A DNA stretch of 64,000 nucleotides from Gemmatimonadota bacterium (GCA_039589315.1 JBDHHQ010000005.1:1-64000), one strand, 5' to 3'; counted from the first letter of the stretch, positions 9,291-20,111 are shown. Made by a program: numbers and translations. Notes: generated from the sequence alone by a model not told the origin.

Positions 9291-10703
9291 GTGGCTTCGA
9301 ACGACACCAGCTTCGATCTGCTCGTCATAGGCGGCGGACCGGGAGGGTACGTCGCCGCGATTCGAGCGGGTCAGTTGGGTATGAAGGTGGCGTGCATCGA
9401 GGCGAAGGACCTGGGCGGTGTCTGCCTGAACATCGGGTGCATTCCCACGAAGGCGCTCCTCACCAGCGCTTTGCTGGTAAACCAGCTCAAGAGCGCCGAC
9501 GCGCATGGCATCGCACTCGAGGGTGTCTCCGTGAGCCTCGGGCCGGCCCATGAGCGGAGTCGTTCCGTGGCGGCGCAGCTGAGTAGGGGCGTGGGCTTCC
9601 TGTTCAAGAAGAACAAGGTGACCCACATCGCGGGATACGGACGCCTGGCTGGCCCCGGCACCGTGGACGTGGAGGACGGCGAAGGCGGTCGCACGACCTA
9701 CTCGGCCCCTCACGTCATCATCGCGTCGGGATCTCGGCCGCGGGATCTTCCCATGCTGCCCATCGACGAGGAGCGCATCTGGTCGTCGACTGGAGCCCTC
9801 TTCCAGAAGCGCGCTCCAGCCTCCCTGGCGGTGGTCGGTGCCGGTGCAGTCGGCATGGAGTTCGCCGACATCTACAACGCCTTCGGCTCAAAGGTGACCG
9901 TCATCGAGGCTCTCGACCGCGTGCTGCCCCTGGAGGACGTCGAGAGCTCGAAGCTGATGGCGCGAAGCTTCAAGAAGCGTGGCATCGACATCCTGACGTC
10001 GGCCATGGTGCAGAAGGCGAAGATGACCGACGAGGGGGTGCGGGTCACCCTGACCGACAAGAACGGGGAGGAGCGGAAGATGGAGGCCGAGCGGGTGCTC
10101 TCGGCCATCGGGCGTGTTCCGAACACCGAGGATCTGGGGCTCGACACCGTGGGTGTCTCCCTCAGCGAAAAGGGCGGCTTCGTCCAGGTGGACGGCGCGA
10201 TGCGCACGAACGTGAAGGGCGTCTATGCGGTGGGCGATTGTGCGGGGAACCAGCTGCTCGCCCACAAGGCCATGCACGAGGGAGTCGTCTGCGCCGAGCA
10301 CATCGCCGGCGTGGGCCACCACACGGTGGACTACGGCAACGTGCCCAACTGCACCTACACCCATCCCGAGGTGGCGTCCGTCGGACTCACCGAGGAGCAG
10401 GCGCGGGAAGAAGGCCACGACATCGAGGTCGGCAAGTTCCCCTGGGTGGGGAACGGGCGGGCGCTGGCAGCCGGCGACTCCGAGGGCTTCGTCAAGGTGA
10501 TCCGTGACAAGCGGTATTCGGAGATCCTCGGGGCTCACATCGTCGGTCCCCATGCCACCGAGCTCATCGCCGAGTACGTGATCGGCAGGCATCTGGAGTC
10601 CACGGCCGAGGAGATCGACCTGGCCATGCACCCGCACCCGACGCTGTCCGAGGCCGTGGCGGAGGGCGCCCTGGCGTCACTGGGCCGGGCCCTGCACGTC
10701 TGA
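9291..10703 (+). CDS. lpdA: dihydrolipoamide dehydrogenase E3
   Basis: GGGPGGYVAA, GGVCLNIGCIPTK redox disulfide, GAGAVG NAD motif, HPHPTLSE; GTG 9291 after GAGGTGA. Confidence 0.95.
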   Translation: MASNDTSFDLLVIGGGPGGYVAAIRAGQLGMKVACIEAKDLGGVCLNIGCIPTKALLTSALLVNQLKSADAHGIALEGVSVSLGPAHERSRSVAAQLSRGVGFLFKKNKVTHIAGYGRLAGPGTVDVEDGEGGRTTYSAPHVIIASGSRPRDLPMLPIDEERIWSSTGALFQKRAPASLAVVGAGAVGMEFADIYNAFGSKVTVIEALDRVLPLEDVESSKLMARSFKKRGIDILTSAMVQKAKMTDEGVRVTLTDKNGEERKMEAERVLSAIGRVPNTEDLGLDTVGVSLSEKGGFVQVDGAMRTNVKGVYAVGDCAGNQLLAHKAMHEGVVCAEHIAGVGHHTVDYGNVPNCTYTHPEVASVGLTEEQAREEGHDIEVGKFPWVGNGRALAAGDSEGFVKVIRDKRYSEILGAHIVGPHATELIAEYVIGRHLESTAEEIDLAMHPHPTLSEAVAEGALASLGRALHV

Positions 10704-10716
10704 TGGTCGTGGACGC

Positions 10717-11223
10717 GTGTCACACGATCTGGAGCCTCGGTTGAGCAGCGACGCGGTCGAGGCACCGGCGAGGCGTGACTGGGGGGCCGATCGGGAGGTC
10801 TCGCTTCGTCTTTGGATCGCGCTGGCCCGCTGTTACGCCACCTTCGCCCGGGAGGTGGCGTCCCGGGTGGGGGAGTACGGCCTCACCACGCCACAGTTCG
10901 GCGTGCTGGAGGCCCTGTACCACCTCGGCTCGCTCACCCTCGGTGACCTGGCAGACAAGCTGCTGGTCACCGGTGGCAACATTACTTACGTGATGGATCG
11001 GCTGGAGCGGCGGGGCCTCGTCACGCGGGAGCGGTGCCACGAAGACCGGCGGGTGGTGTGGGCCAACCTGAGTCCGGCGGGACGGCGGCTCATCGAGGAC
11101 GTGTTTCCCGACCACGTGGATTTCATCCACGGCCTCGCGCAACCTCTGGAAGAGGAGGAGCGGGCGGAGTTGCGCAGGTTGTTGAAGAAGCTCGGCCGGT
11201 CCGTGGCCGACGGGTCCGAGTGA
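10717..11223 (+). CDS. MarR family transcriptional regulator
   Basis: GLTTPQFGVLEALYHLG, LVTGGNITYVMDRLERRGLV, EDRR. Confidence 0.9.
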   Translation: MSHDLEPRLSSDAVEAPARRDWGADREVSLRLWIALARCYATFAREVASRVGEYGLTTPQFGVLEALYHLGSLTLGDLADKLLVTGGNITYVMDRLERRGLVTRERCHEDRRVVWANLSPAGRRLIEDVFPDHVDFIHGLAQPLEEEERAELRRLLKKLGRSVADGSE

Positions 11224-11236
11224 GGCGGGGACCGCC

Positions 11237-12469
11237 TCAGATCACGCTGGCGTCCGAGTCCGATTCCACGTCGATCCCGCGGATCTGAAGGACCCGGACG
11301 AGCGCCTCCCCGATCTTGTTGTTCGGCGTCGAAGCGCCGGCCGTAATCCCCAACTCGAAGGCTCCCTGGGGGAGCCACTCCTCCTCCGTGAGCTCCGCCG
11401 CGTCGACGGCGAGCTTCGGCTTGTGCCGCACGGTGCCCCGCTCGACATCGATACAGACCGCGTCCTCGATGTGATAGGTGGCCGCATGTTGCCGGCACAT
11501 GTGAGCCAGATGGTTGGTGTTGGACGAGTTGTAGCCACCGATGACGATCATCACGTCGGGCGGATCTTCCATCATCTTCACGACGGCGTCCTGGCGCTCC
11601 TGGGTGGCCGAGCAGATCGTGCCGAAGGACCGGTAGTGTTCAGCGACGTGCTCCACGCCGTACGCCTCGACCATGGCCTTCTGCACCTGTGCGCCGATGG
11701 CGAGGGAAGCGTTCGCCAACATCGTCGTCTGATTGGCCACGCCGATGCGCTGGAGGTCCCGGTCGGGGTCGAAGCCCGGCGTCGCCTTCTCCCTGAAGCG
11801 CTCGACGATGGCGTCTCGATCCCAGTGGCGAGGCCGCTTCGCGATGTAGTCGCAGAGGATCATGGCCTCGCCCATGTCGCGGACGATCACGTACCGGCCC
11901 CCGGAGTGCTTTTGAACCTGTGATGCCGTGGCCCGCGACTCCTCATGGGTGTACTTGCCGTGGATCACCGCGGTGAAGCGGTCGCGCGCGTAGGACTCCA
12001 CGCGCTTCCACACGACCAGGACTGACCCGCACGTCGTATCGACCAGCACGCAGCCGATCCGCTGGAGATCCTGGAACGCCTCCATGGTGACCCCGAACGC
12101 CGGAAGGATCACCACGTCCGTCTCGGAGATATGCGTGAGCTCGAAGCGTCCGTCCCGGTCCGGGTGGACGAACTCGATTCCCATCTCACGCATTCGCTGG
12201 TTCACGTGGGGGTTGTGAATGATCTCGCCCAGCAGGAACAGCCGCTTGTCCGGGAACTTGTGGCGGGTCTCGTACGCGTAGTCGACGGCCCGGTCGACGC
12301 CGTAGCAGAACCCGAACTCCTCAGCCAGGCGAACCGTCACGTCACCGAACGTCTGCGTGTATCCCCGGGCCCGGATCTGCTGAACCAGATGAGAGTGATA
12401 CTCGGCGTCGATCAGAGGCCTCACCTCGGCCTTCAGCCCGAAGCCCCTGCGGAAGTAGGTCTGCTCCAT
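11237..12469 (-). CDS. ispH: 4-hydroxy-3-methylbut-2-enyl diphosphate reductase
   Basis: GFCYGVDRA, EIIHNPHV, DTTCGSV, HEE, NQTT, TICSATQERQ, SSNT, GITAGASTP. Confidence 0.95.
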   Translation of the reverse strand: MEQTYFRRGFGLKAEVRPLIDAEYHSHLVQQIRARGYTQTFGDVTVRLAEEFGFCYGVDRAVDYAYETRHKFPDKRLFLLGEIIHNPHVNQRMREMGIEFVHPDRDGRFELTHISETDVVILPAFGVTMEAFQDLQRIGCVLVDTTCGSVLVVWKRVESYARDRFTAVIHGKYTHEESRATASQVQKHSGGRYVIVRDMGEAMILCDYIAKRPRHWDRDAIVERFREKATPGFDPDRDLQRIGVANQTTMLANASLAIGAQVQKAMVEAYGVEHVAEHYRSFGTICSATQERQDAVVKMMEDPPDVMIVIGGYNSSNTNHLAHMCRQHAATYHIEDAVCIDVERGTVRHKPKLAVDAAELTEEEWLPQGAFELGITAGASTPNNKIGEALVRVLQIRGIDVESDSDASVI

Positions 12470-12647
12470 GAGGGAGATCACCGTCAGAAGGTGTGGGGCC
12501 GGGAGTGGAGCGGCGGTGTCGCCGTCCGCATGAACCTCCGGGCAACCGAACAAGAGCCATCCCCCCGGGGGCGGCCAACCGCAGGACCGCACGCCGGGTG
12601 TCGGGTGTACAGAGGGATCCGAAGAACGTTCCCAGACAGGTCCATCC

Positions 12648-13100
12648 GTGATGCTCGCACGCCTCGCCATTCTCTTCGTCATCGTGCCGCTGCTCGAGCT
12701 GGTTCTCCTGATCCAGCTGGGGCAGGTCGTCGGCCTTTGGCCGACCATCGGTCTCGTGGTTCTCACCGGGGTCGCCGGGGCCGCTCTGGCTCGAGCACAG
12801 GGTCTGAGGGTCCTCTGGGCCTTTCAGGAATCCACCGCCCAGGGGCGTCTCCCAACGACCGCCATTCAGGACGGGCTGGCGATTCTGGTAGGTGGCGCCC
12901 TGTTGCTCACGCCGGGCCTGCTCACCGACATCCTGGGCTTCGCGCTGCTTCTACCACCCACCCGGCGGTGGATACAGGGGCGTGTGAGGAACGCGGTGGC
13001 CCGGCGGCTCCGGGACGGCCGCATCGAGATGGCCGTGGTGGTGCCAGGGGCCTTCCCCGAGGACGCGGTCGGTAGCACGGAGGACCCCGGCGGCAGCTGA
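12648..13100 (+). CDS. fxsA: FxsA family membrane protein
   Basis: LFVIVPLLELVLLIQLG, GGALLLTPGLLTDILG. Confidence 0.9.
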   Translation: MMLARLAILFVIVPLLELVLLIQLGQVVGLWPTIGLVVLTGVAGAALARAQGLRVLWAFQESTAQGRLPTTAIQDGLAILVGGALLLTPGLLTDILGFALLLPPTRRWIQGRVRNAVARRLRDGRIEMAVVVPGAFPEDAVGSTEDPGGS

Positions 13101-13292
13101 ACGGAGGTCGGGGCTCGGGCGTGCGCTCCGGTCCCCGCCGACGCCGCGTCTGGGCCGAGGGCTGAGGCCAGGGATCTGGCCGCGCCGGGCAGCGGTCCCT
13201 AATTTTCCACCCCCCCTGGGCCAGCATCAGCGAATACGAAATCACCGACTTTCGGGGTCATGACGCGATCGATCCCTTCGGAGGCATACGAC

Positions 13293-14360
13293 ATGCCGGG
13301 CAATCTCGAGTTTCTGGAGCGACTTCTGGACGCGCGCGCCCCGAGCGGGTTCGAGGCGCGGGCGGCCAGGGTCTGGAGGTCCGAGGCCGAGACGTTCGCC
13401 GACAGCGTCAGCGCCGACGTCAGCGGGAACTCCGTAGCCGCGGTGAACCCCGACGGCCGTCCCCGCGTGATGCTGGCGGGCCACATCGACGAGATCGGGC
13501 TCCAGATCACCCACGTCGACGAGGACGGTTTCCTCTACGTTGACGAGATCGGTGGCTGGGATCCCCAGGTCCTGGTGGGCCAGCGCGTGAAGGTGATGGG
13601 GCGCGAGGGTGACGTGACCGGTGTCGTCGGTAAGAAGCCCATCCATCTGATCAAGGCCGAGGATCGGTCGAAGGCCGCCAAGACCACCGACCTCTGGGTC
13701 GACCTGGGAGTCTCGAGCCGAGCCGAGGTGGCCGAGATCGGCGTACGGGTCGGCGACCCGGTCGTTCTGGATGCCACCATGGTGCGGCTCGCCGGTGACC
13801 GCATCGCCAGCCGTGCGATCGACAACCGGATCGGCGCGTACGTCGTGTTGGAGGCTCTGCGGCTGCTGTCCGAGGAGCCCGCCGAAGCGGCGGCGTTCGC
13901 CGTGGCCACAGTTCAGGAGGAGATCGGCTACCACGGAGGCGGCGCTCGGACGAGCGCTTGGTCGCTGGAGCCCGACGTGGGCCTCGTGGTGGACGTCACG
14001 TTCAGCACCGACGTCCCAGACGCCGAGAAGAAGGAGCTGGGGGAGCACAACGTGGGGGAAGGTCCGGTGCTGAGCAGAGGTTCGGCGGCCCATCCGGTGG
14101 TATTCGAGCGGTTGGTCGAGATTGCGGAGGCGGAGGACATCCCCTTCACGATCCAGGCTTCGCCTCGGGCGACCAGAACGGATGCGGACGCCATCCATCT
14201 GACCCGGGCCGGGGTCCCCACCGGCTTGATCTCGGTGCCGAACCGATACATGCACTCACCCAACGAGGTGGTGAGCCTGACCGACCTCGAGAACACGGCC
14301 GCGCTGCTGGCCGCCTTCATCCGGAGCCTCGACGGCGACACGGATCTCACGCCACACTAG
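13293..14360 (+). CDS. M42 family metallo-aminopeptidase
   Basis: PSGFE, AGHIDEIG, IGGWD, RAIDNRIG, TVQEEIG, VDVT, TDAD, RYMHSPNE; ATG 13293 after GGAGG. Confidence 0.92.
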   Translation: MPGNLEFLERLLDARAPSGFEARAARVWRSEAETFADSVSADVSGNSVAAVNPDGRPRVMLAGHIDEIGLQITHVDEDGFLYVDEIGGWDPQVLVGQRVKVMGREGDVTGVVGKKPIHLIKAEDRSKAAKTTDLWVDLGVSSRAEVAEIGVRVGDPVVLDATMVRLAGDRIASRAIDNRIGAYVVLEALRLLSEEPAEAAAFAVATVQEEIGYHGGGARTSAWSLEPDVGLVVDVTFSTDVPDAEKKELGEHNVGEGPVLSRGSAAHPVVFERLVEIAEAEDIPFTIQASPRATRTDADAIHLTRAGVPTGLISVPNRYMHSPNEVVSLTDLENTAALLAAFIRSLDGDTDLTPH

Positions 14361-14497
14361 TACCCGAGAGCCCGGTCTCCGCCTGCAATCGCGTGAGTCG
14401 TGCCGCGCGAGGCGTGCGCGGCGCGGGAGTGCGAGGACCCTTGGGTGGGTTCGACCCCTGAGGAGTCGTGTCGGGCCTGGGGATCTGCCCGTCCACG

Positions 14498-14526
14498 TTG
14501 ACGTTCCCATGCAGGCCGCATACCCT
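14498..14526 (+). promoter_or_regulatory. sigma70-type promoter for the GAF gene and downstream operon
   Basis: TTGACG-N17-TACCCT about 65 nt upstream of ATG 14590. Confidence 0.55.
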
Positions 14527-14589
14527 ACAACCCCCCACGCGGCGCCGTTCGTGAAGTGGGGCGAACACGAGATCAAAGGGAAGAACGCG

Positions 14590-15060
14590 ATGGTAGAGGA
14601 TGGACAGCTCATCAGCGAGCTTCAGACGATGCGGGACGACGGATTCCTCTCGGACGCGCTCCTCAGGCACGCCGTGAAGAAGCTGAGCCGGGCAGATAGC
14701 CGATTCGACTGGGTGGGCGTCTACCTTCTGGATCCGGAGGGTTCCGAGCTGTGGCTCCACAACTACGTGGGGACACCGACCGAGCACGCCCGCATCGCAG
14801 TAGGCGAGGGGGTTTGTGGCACCGCTATAGCGACGGCCAGCAACATCCTGGTGGACGACGTGACGACCGTGGAGAACTACCTGGCTTGCGATCCTCACGT
14901 CAAGTCCGAGATGGTGGTCCTGATTCGGGCCGGTGACGACATATTCGGGCAAATCGACATCGACAGTGAAGAAGCCGCGGCTTTCGCCGAGGAGGACGAG
15001 CTCCTGGTCCAGGCGGTGGCCGACAAGCTCGCGGAGCAGATTGCGGAGGAGCGCCGGTAG
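14590..15060 (+). CDS. GAF-domain protein, free methionine-R-sulfoxide reductase (MsrC/YebR)-like
   Basis: FDWVGVY, GEGVCGTA, YLACD, SEMVV, IDIDS. Confidence 0.8.
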   Translation: MVEDGQLISELQTMRDDGFLSDALLRHAVKKLSRADSRFDWVGVYLLDPEGSELWLHNYVGTPTEHARIAVGEGVCGTAIATASNILVDDVTTVENYLACDPHVKSEMVVLIRAGDDIFGQIDIDSEEAAAFAEEDELLVQAVADKLAEQIAEERR

Positions 15061-15089
15061 CGATCCGCTCCGGCGCGAGCGCGCCGACG

Positions 15090-15830
15090 ATGCAGCCGAG
15101 GGTCCTCAACGCAGGCAACGCGGGTCCGTTCACACTGGATGGCACGCGCACGTTCCTGGTAGGGTCCCGCGACGTGGCGGTGATAGATCCGGGCCCGGAG
15201 GTGGAGACGCACCTCCGGGCCCTGCTCGTGGCTCTGGAGGACGCCGAGCGCGTGTCGGTGCTGGTGACGCACTGGCACGCGGACCATGCCGGAATGGCCA
15301 CCCGGCTGGGGCGCGAGCTCGGGGGACTCGCCGTGCTGGGCCCCGGCGGCGAGGGGCCGGCGTCGCTCGTGGAAGGCACGGCCATCACCACCGATCACGG
15401 ACCCCTCCTGGCCGTGTCGACGCCCGGACATGCTCGGGAGCACGTCGTGTTCCATTGGCCTCGGGGGGATGCCGTCTTCGCGGGCGATCTGATCCTGGGA
15501 AGCGGCGATACGACGTGGGTGGGAGAGTACCCGGGCTGCGTGGCCGACTACCTGGAATCGCTGGACCGACTCGGTGAGCTGGAGCCGGGCGTCATCTATC
15601 CGGCCCACGGCCCACCGGTGATGGCCGTGCAGCCGACGCTCGATCGGTACCGGGCACACCGCATGTCCCGGATCGCTCAGGTGCGGGAGGTCCTGGACCG
15701 GAGTCCGGCTGCCGGGATCGACGATCTGGTTGGGGAGATCTACGGCCAGGTGCCTCCCGATCTGGCCGGCGCAGCTCGCCGGAGCATGGAGGTCGTCGTG
15801 TACCACCTCGACCGCGGGGAGGCCCCATGA
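15090..15830 (+). CDS. MBL-fold metallo-hydrolase (LACTB2-like)
   Basis: NAGPFTLDGT, IDPGP, THWHADH, TPGH, FAGD, PAHG. Confidence 0.9.
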   Translation: MQPRVLNAGNAGPFTLDGTRTFLVGSRDVAVIDPGPEVETHLRALLVALEDAERVSVLVTHWHADHAGMATRLGRELGGLAVLGPGGEGPASLVEGTAITTDHGPLLAVSTPGHAREHVVFHWPRGDAVFAGDLILGSGDTTWVGEYPGCVADYLESLDRLGELEPGVIYPAHGPPVMAVQPTLDRYRAHRMSRIAQVREVLDRSPAAGIDDLVGEIYGQVPPDLAGAARRSMEVVVYHLDRGEAP

Positions 15831-17260
15831 TCCAGCCGTCGCGCCTGTCTGCCGGCCTCGGCCAGAGGCTGCGGAAGGTAGTGGGGGAAGACGGGCTCAT
15901 CACCGATCCGAACCGACTCCTGGTCTACGAGTCCGACGGCCTGACGATACACCGCTGGAGTCCTGCTGCCGTCGCGTTGCCGACGAGCACCGCTCAGGTG
16001 GCCGAGGTGGTGCGCCTTCTGGCGGGGGAAGGCGTGGCGGTGGTGCCGCGGGGAGCGGGCACCGGCCTGTCCGGAGGAGCCCTCGGGGGCGACGCCGCCG
16101 TTGTGGTGGCAACCACCCGGATGAACCGCATCCTCGAGTTGGACCCGGACAACCTGCGCGCCGTCGTGCAGCCCGGTGTGGTGAACGCACACCTGACCCA
16201 AGCGGCCCGGCCGTTGGGACTCCACTACGCTCCCGACCCCTCGTCCCAGAGCGCGTGTACGATCGGCGGCAACGTGGCCGAGAACTCCGGCGGGCCTCAC
16301 TGCCTGAAGTACGGCGTAACCAGCCGGTACGTTTCCGGCCTCGAGGTGGTCCTCTCGGACGGGAGCGTCGTGAGCCTGGGGGGCATGGGGCGGGAGGCTC
16401 CCGGACCGGACCTGCTGGGCGCCTTCGTCGGGTCCGAAGGGTGCTACGGCATCGCGACCGAGATCGAGGTCCGACTGCTGCCGCTGCCCGGGGGTGTCCG
16501 CACCCTGTTGGCCATTTTCGACGCCCTGGAGGACGCGGGCCGGGCGGTCACGCGAATCATCGGCCAGGGCCTCCTGCCGGCTGCGCTGGAGATCATCGAC
16601 GGACCGACGATCCGGGCCGTGGAGTCCAGCACGTTCGCGGCCGGTTATCCCACGGACGCAGGAGCGGCCCTGGTCGTCGAGTTCGACGGGGTCGAGGCGG
16701 GCCTGGACGAGAGCGCGCTCCAGGCCGAGGCCTGCTGTGTCGAGGCCGGCGCCCGTGAGGTCCGGCACGCCCGCGAGCCCGAGACCAGGGCGGCCCTCTG
16801 GCGGGGTCGCAAGAAGGCCATCGGGGCTCTGGGGAGGCTCGCCCCCGACCTTCTGGTACAGGACGCCACCGTCCCACGGACGCGCCTTCCCGAGGTGTTG
16901 GCCCGGATCTCGGAGGTCGGCGCGCGCTACGGCCTCACCATCGCCAATGTCTTCCACGCGGGTGACGGCAACCTCCATCCGAACATCCCATTCGACCGCA
17001 GGGACCCAGACCAGCTCGACCGGGTGGAGAGGGCCTCGGCCGAGATCATGAAGGCCTGCGTAGACGCAGGTGGCACGATCACGGGAGAGCACGGCGTCGG
17101 GGTGGACAAGATGAAGTACATGGGGCTCGTGTTCGATGCCCCCATGCTGGAAGCCATGGAGGCCGTCCGCCGGGTGTTCGACCCGAGTGGCCTGTTCAAC
17201 CCCGGGAAGGTCCTCCCCGTACCGGCTCCGGCCGCCGTCCCCACGGAGGTGTCCGGGTGA
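15827..17260 (+). CDS. glcD: glycolate oxidase subunit GlcD (FAD-linked)
   Basis: PRGAGTGLSGG, YAPDPSSQSACTIGGNVAENSGGPHCLKYG, NVFHAGDGNLHP, GEHGVG. Confidence 0.9.
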   Translation: MIQPSRLSAGLGQRLRKVVGEDGLITDPNRLLVYESDGLTIHRWSPAAVALPTSTAQVAEVVRLLAGEGVAVVPRGAGTGLSGGALGGDAAVVVATTRMNRILELDPDNLRAVVQPGVVNAHLTQAARPLGLHYAPDPSSQSACTIGGNVAENSGGPHCLKYGVTSRYVSGLEVVLSDGSVVSLGGMGREAPGPDLLGAFVGSEGCYGIATEIEVRLLPLPGGVRTLLAIFDALEDAGRAVTRIIGQGLLPAALEIIDGPTIRAVESSTFAAGYPTDAGAALVVEFDGVEAGLDESALQAEACCVEAGAREVRHAREPETRAALWRGRKKAIGALGRLAPDLLVQDATVPRTRLPEVLARISEVGARYGLTIANVFHAGDGNLHPNIPFDRRDPDQLDRVERASAEIMKACVDAGGTITGEHGVGVDKMKYMGLVFDAPMLEAMEAVRRVFDPSGLFNPGKVLPVPAPAAVPTEVSG

Positions 17261-18573
17261 GCGCGGCCATGGCGGCGGCCCTCGGCCGATGGGTCCCCTC
17301 TGGTTCGGTGGTTACCGGCGAGGCCGCGGAGACCTGGCGCGTGGGCGGGCGCCGCCCCGACGCGGTCGTGTTCCCCACGTCGGGGGACCAGGTCGCCGCT
17401 GTCGTCGCCGCGGCGGCCGACGAGGGATGGCGGGTGGTCCCGGCGGGTGGAGGCGGATGGTTGGATGGGGCTTCCGCCCCGGGCACCGCCGGCCTCACTC
17501 TCGTCCTGTCCACCCGGCGCATGGACCGAATCCTCGACTACGAGCCGGCAGATCTGACACTGACGGCCGAGGCCGGTGCCACCCTCGCGACGATCCGGTC
17601 GGCGGCCGCTCGTCACGGGCAGTGGCTGCCCCTCGACGCGCCTCCGGACGATGAGGGCACCATCGGGGCGACCCTGGCCACCGCTTCCTCCGGACCGTTG
17701 GCCGCCGCATTCGGAGAGCCCCGTGACCTGGCGCTGGGCCTCGGGGTCGTCACGGGGAGCGGCCAGGCACTGTCTCCGGGAGGTCGGGTCGTGAAGAACG
17801 TGGCCGGCTTCGACCTGGTCCGCTTGATGGTGGGTGGGTGGGGCGTCCTGGGCGTCGTGAGCGAGGCGACGCTCCGCCTCTTCCCGAGGCCCGAACGGGA
17901 CGTGACGCTCCTGCTCCGGTGTCGGGATGGGCAAAGAGCGGCAAGAGCGGCGCGCCGGGTCGCGCTTGGTTCCCTCACCGTGCCCGCCCTGGAGCTGGCG
18001 GATCCGTCTCCCACGGGAGACGCGGACGCGATCGTCTCGTGTCGGGTCCTGGGCTCGTCCTCCGAGGTGGAGGCGATGGCTGCCAGCGTCGAGGCCACCG
18101 ATCCAGACCGCGGTTGGCAGCGGCTGCCGGCCGAAGAGGCCGCGGAGGTACGATCGGCGCTGCGGGCCGTCGACACGCGCGGCCAGGTGGTGCTGAGATT
18201 GACGCTGCTGCCGGCTCTCCTCGGTCGGGCCCTGGCGCTCGTCGGCGAGCTCGCCGGCCGTCTCGGGCTGGAAGGTGCCGGCGCGGTGGAGACCGTGGCC
18301 GACGTCACGACGGGTCGGGTCCGGGTCGTGCTGCGTTCAGGGTCCTCCGGCCGTCATGTGGACCTCGCCGAGGCCATTCGCGATCTGCGGGACGTCGTGG
18401 AAGGAGAGGGCGGATCGCTGACCTTGACCCGGGCGCCGGCCGCCCTGTTCGCCGACGTCGGGCGGTGGGGGCCCCCGGGATCCGTTGGGCGACTGATCGA
18501 CGACGTCCGCAGCGCGTTCGATCCCGACGGGCTCCTTCCGTGGGAGCGGTTTTCGGCGGAGGGGCGTCGATGA
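17257..18573 (+). CDS. glcE: glycolate oxidase FAD-binding subunit GlcE-like
   Basis: DYEPADLT, GTIGA, GGRVVKNVAGFDL, FDPDG; GTGA-coupled to glcD. Confidence 0.85.
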   Translation: MSAAMAAALGRWVPSGSVVTGEAAETWRVGGRRPDAVVFPTSGDQVAAVVAAAADEGWRVVPAGGGGWLDGASAPGTAGLTLVLSTRRMDRILDYEPADLTLTAEAGATLATIRSAAARHGQWLPLDAPPDDEGTIGATLATASSGPLAAAFGEPRDLALGLGVVTGSGQALSPGGRVVKNVAGFDLVRLMVGGWGVLGVVSEATLRLFPRPERDVTLLLRCRDGQRAARAARRVALGSLTVPALELADPSPTGDADAIVSCRVLGSSSEVEAMAASVEATDPDRGWQRLPAEEAAEVRSALRAVDTRGQVVLRLTLLPALLGRALALVGELAGRLGLEGAGAVETVADVTTGRVRVVLRSGSSGRHVDLAEAIRDLRDVVEGEGGSLTLTRAPAALFADVGRWGPPGSVGRLIDDVRSAFDPDGLLPWERFSAEGRR

Positions 18574-20111
18574 CGGAGTCCGGTACCGTGCGCGACCACG
18601 ACGCGAGGGTCCTGGAGGTTCGTCGGCCCTCGGACGGCAGTGTCCTGGCCACCGTGCCCGCGCAGGGCCCGGCGGAGGTCGCCGAGGCCGTGGCAAGGGC
18701 CCGCCGCATCCAGACCGAGTGGGCGGCGTTCGCCACCGAAGATCGGATCCGGCGCATGCGAGCCCTGCTTCCCGCGTTGGCCGAAGCCCGCGAGGAGATC
18801 GTGGAGACGATCCGGGCCGAGACGGGCAAGCCGGAGCTCGAGGCGTACGCCGAGGTGGCGGTGATCGCCGACCTGCTGCGCCACTATGCGGCCACGGCGC
18901 GCAGGGTCCTCAGGCCGCGCAAGGTCTCCACCGGCTGGCTGCTCGGAAAGCAGGCGGCCGTATACCGTGAGCCCTACGGCGTCGTGGGCGTCATCAGCCC
19001 GTGGAACTACCCGTTCATCCTGGTCATGGACCCCGTGGTCTCGGCGCTGTTCGCCGGGAACGCGGCCGTCGTGAAGCCGTCGGAGTTCACCCCGCTCACC
19101 GCCCTGACGGCACAGAAGCTCTTCGGACGGGCCCACCTTCCTGACGGACTGGTCCAGGTGGTCACCGGTGACGGGAGGACGGGAGCCGCCCTCGTAGACG
19201 GTGGCGTGGACAAGATCTCCTTCACCGGGAGCGCCAGAACCGGACGGAGGGTCATGGCCGCCGCGGCGCGGAATCTCACGCCCGTGACCATGGAGCTCGG
19301 GGGGAAGGACCCGGCCATCGTCCTGGAAGACGCCGATTTGGAGCGGGCGGCGGCGGGGATCGCCTTCGGCGCCTTCTTCAACGCCGGACAGACCTGTATC
19401 TCCGTTGAGCGAGCTTACGTCGTGGAGAGCGTATACGACGCGTTCGTGGAGCGCATCTCCACAGTGGCCCGCGCCCTGCGCGCCGGCTCTGCAGAGGAGG
19501 TGGACGTCGGTCCGATGACCACCGCTCCGCAGCTCGGGATCGTCGAGGCCCAACTCGACGACGCCCTCGAGCGCGGTGCCCGACCCGTGGCTGGCGGAGG
19601 GCGGGCGGACCCCGCCTCCAACGTGATGCTGCCCACCGTGCTGGTGGACGTCGATCCCGACTCGATGTTGATGACCGAAGAGACGTTCGGGCCGCTGCTA
19701 CCGGTCATGCGGGTTCGGGACCAGGAGGAGGCGATCGAGCGGGCGAATCGTGGCGCCTTCGGCCTGTTCGCCAGCGTCTGGACCCGCGACGTGGAACGGG
19801 GTACGGCCGTGGCCCGCCGGCTGCGGGCGGGAGGCGTCTCCGTGAACGACGTCCTCACCCACTACGCCGTCCCCGGGCTGCCCATGGGAGGGGTGGGGCA
19901 GAGCGGGTTCGGACGAAACCGGGGAGACGAGGGGCTGAGGGAGATGACGCGCACTCGTTCCATGCTGGTGCACCGGTGGGGGCGCCGGCGGGAGGTCTTC
20001 TGGTTTCCGTATGGGTCCGGAAAGCTGGAGATGGTGCGGGGGCTGGTGGAGTGGCGTACGGGCGGAGGGCTCGGCCGGCTGCTGCGCGCGCTTTTCGGCA
20101 GGTACCGGTGA
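18570..20111 (+). CDS. NAD(P)-dependent aldehyde dehydrogenase
   Basis: ISPWNYP, KPSE, FTGS, MELGGKDP, NAGQTC, EETFGP; ATGA-coupled to glcE. Confidence 0.93.
   Translation: MTESGTVRDHDARVLEVRRPSDGSVLATVPAQGPAEVAEAVARARRIQTEWAAFATEDRIRRMRALLPALAEAREEIVETIRAETGKPELEAYAEVAVIADLLRHYAATARRVLRPRKVSTGWLLGKQAAVYREPYGVVGVISPWNYPFILVMDPVVSALFAGNAAVVKPSEFTPLTALTAQKLFGRAHLPDGLVQVVTGDGRTGAALVDGGVDKISFTGSARTGRRVMAAAARNLTPVTMELGGKDPAIVLEDADLERAAAGIAFGAFFNAGQTCISVERAYVVESVYDAFVERISTVARALRAGSAEEVDVGPMTTAPQLGIVEAQLDDALERGARPVAGGGRADPASNVMLPTVLVDVDPDSMLMTEETFGPLLPVMRVRDQEEAIERANRGAFGLFASVWTRDVERGTAVARRLRAGGVSVNDVLTHYAVPGLPMGGVGQSGFGRNRGDEGLREMTRTRSMLVHRWGRRREVFWFPYGSGKLEMVRGLVEWRTGGGLGRLLRALFGRYR

Noticed and set aside
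14440..14462. GGGTTCGACCC resembling a tRNA T-arm
   Set aside because: No 5-bp T stem, acceptor stem, D arm or anticodon arm can be built around it
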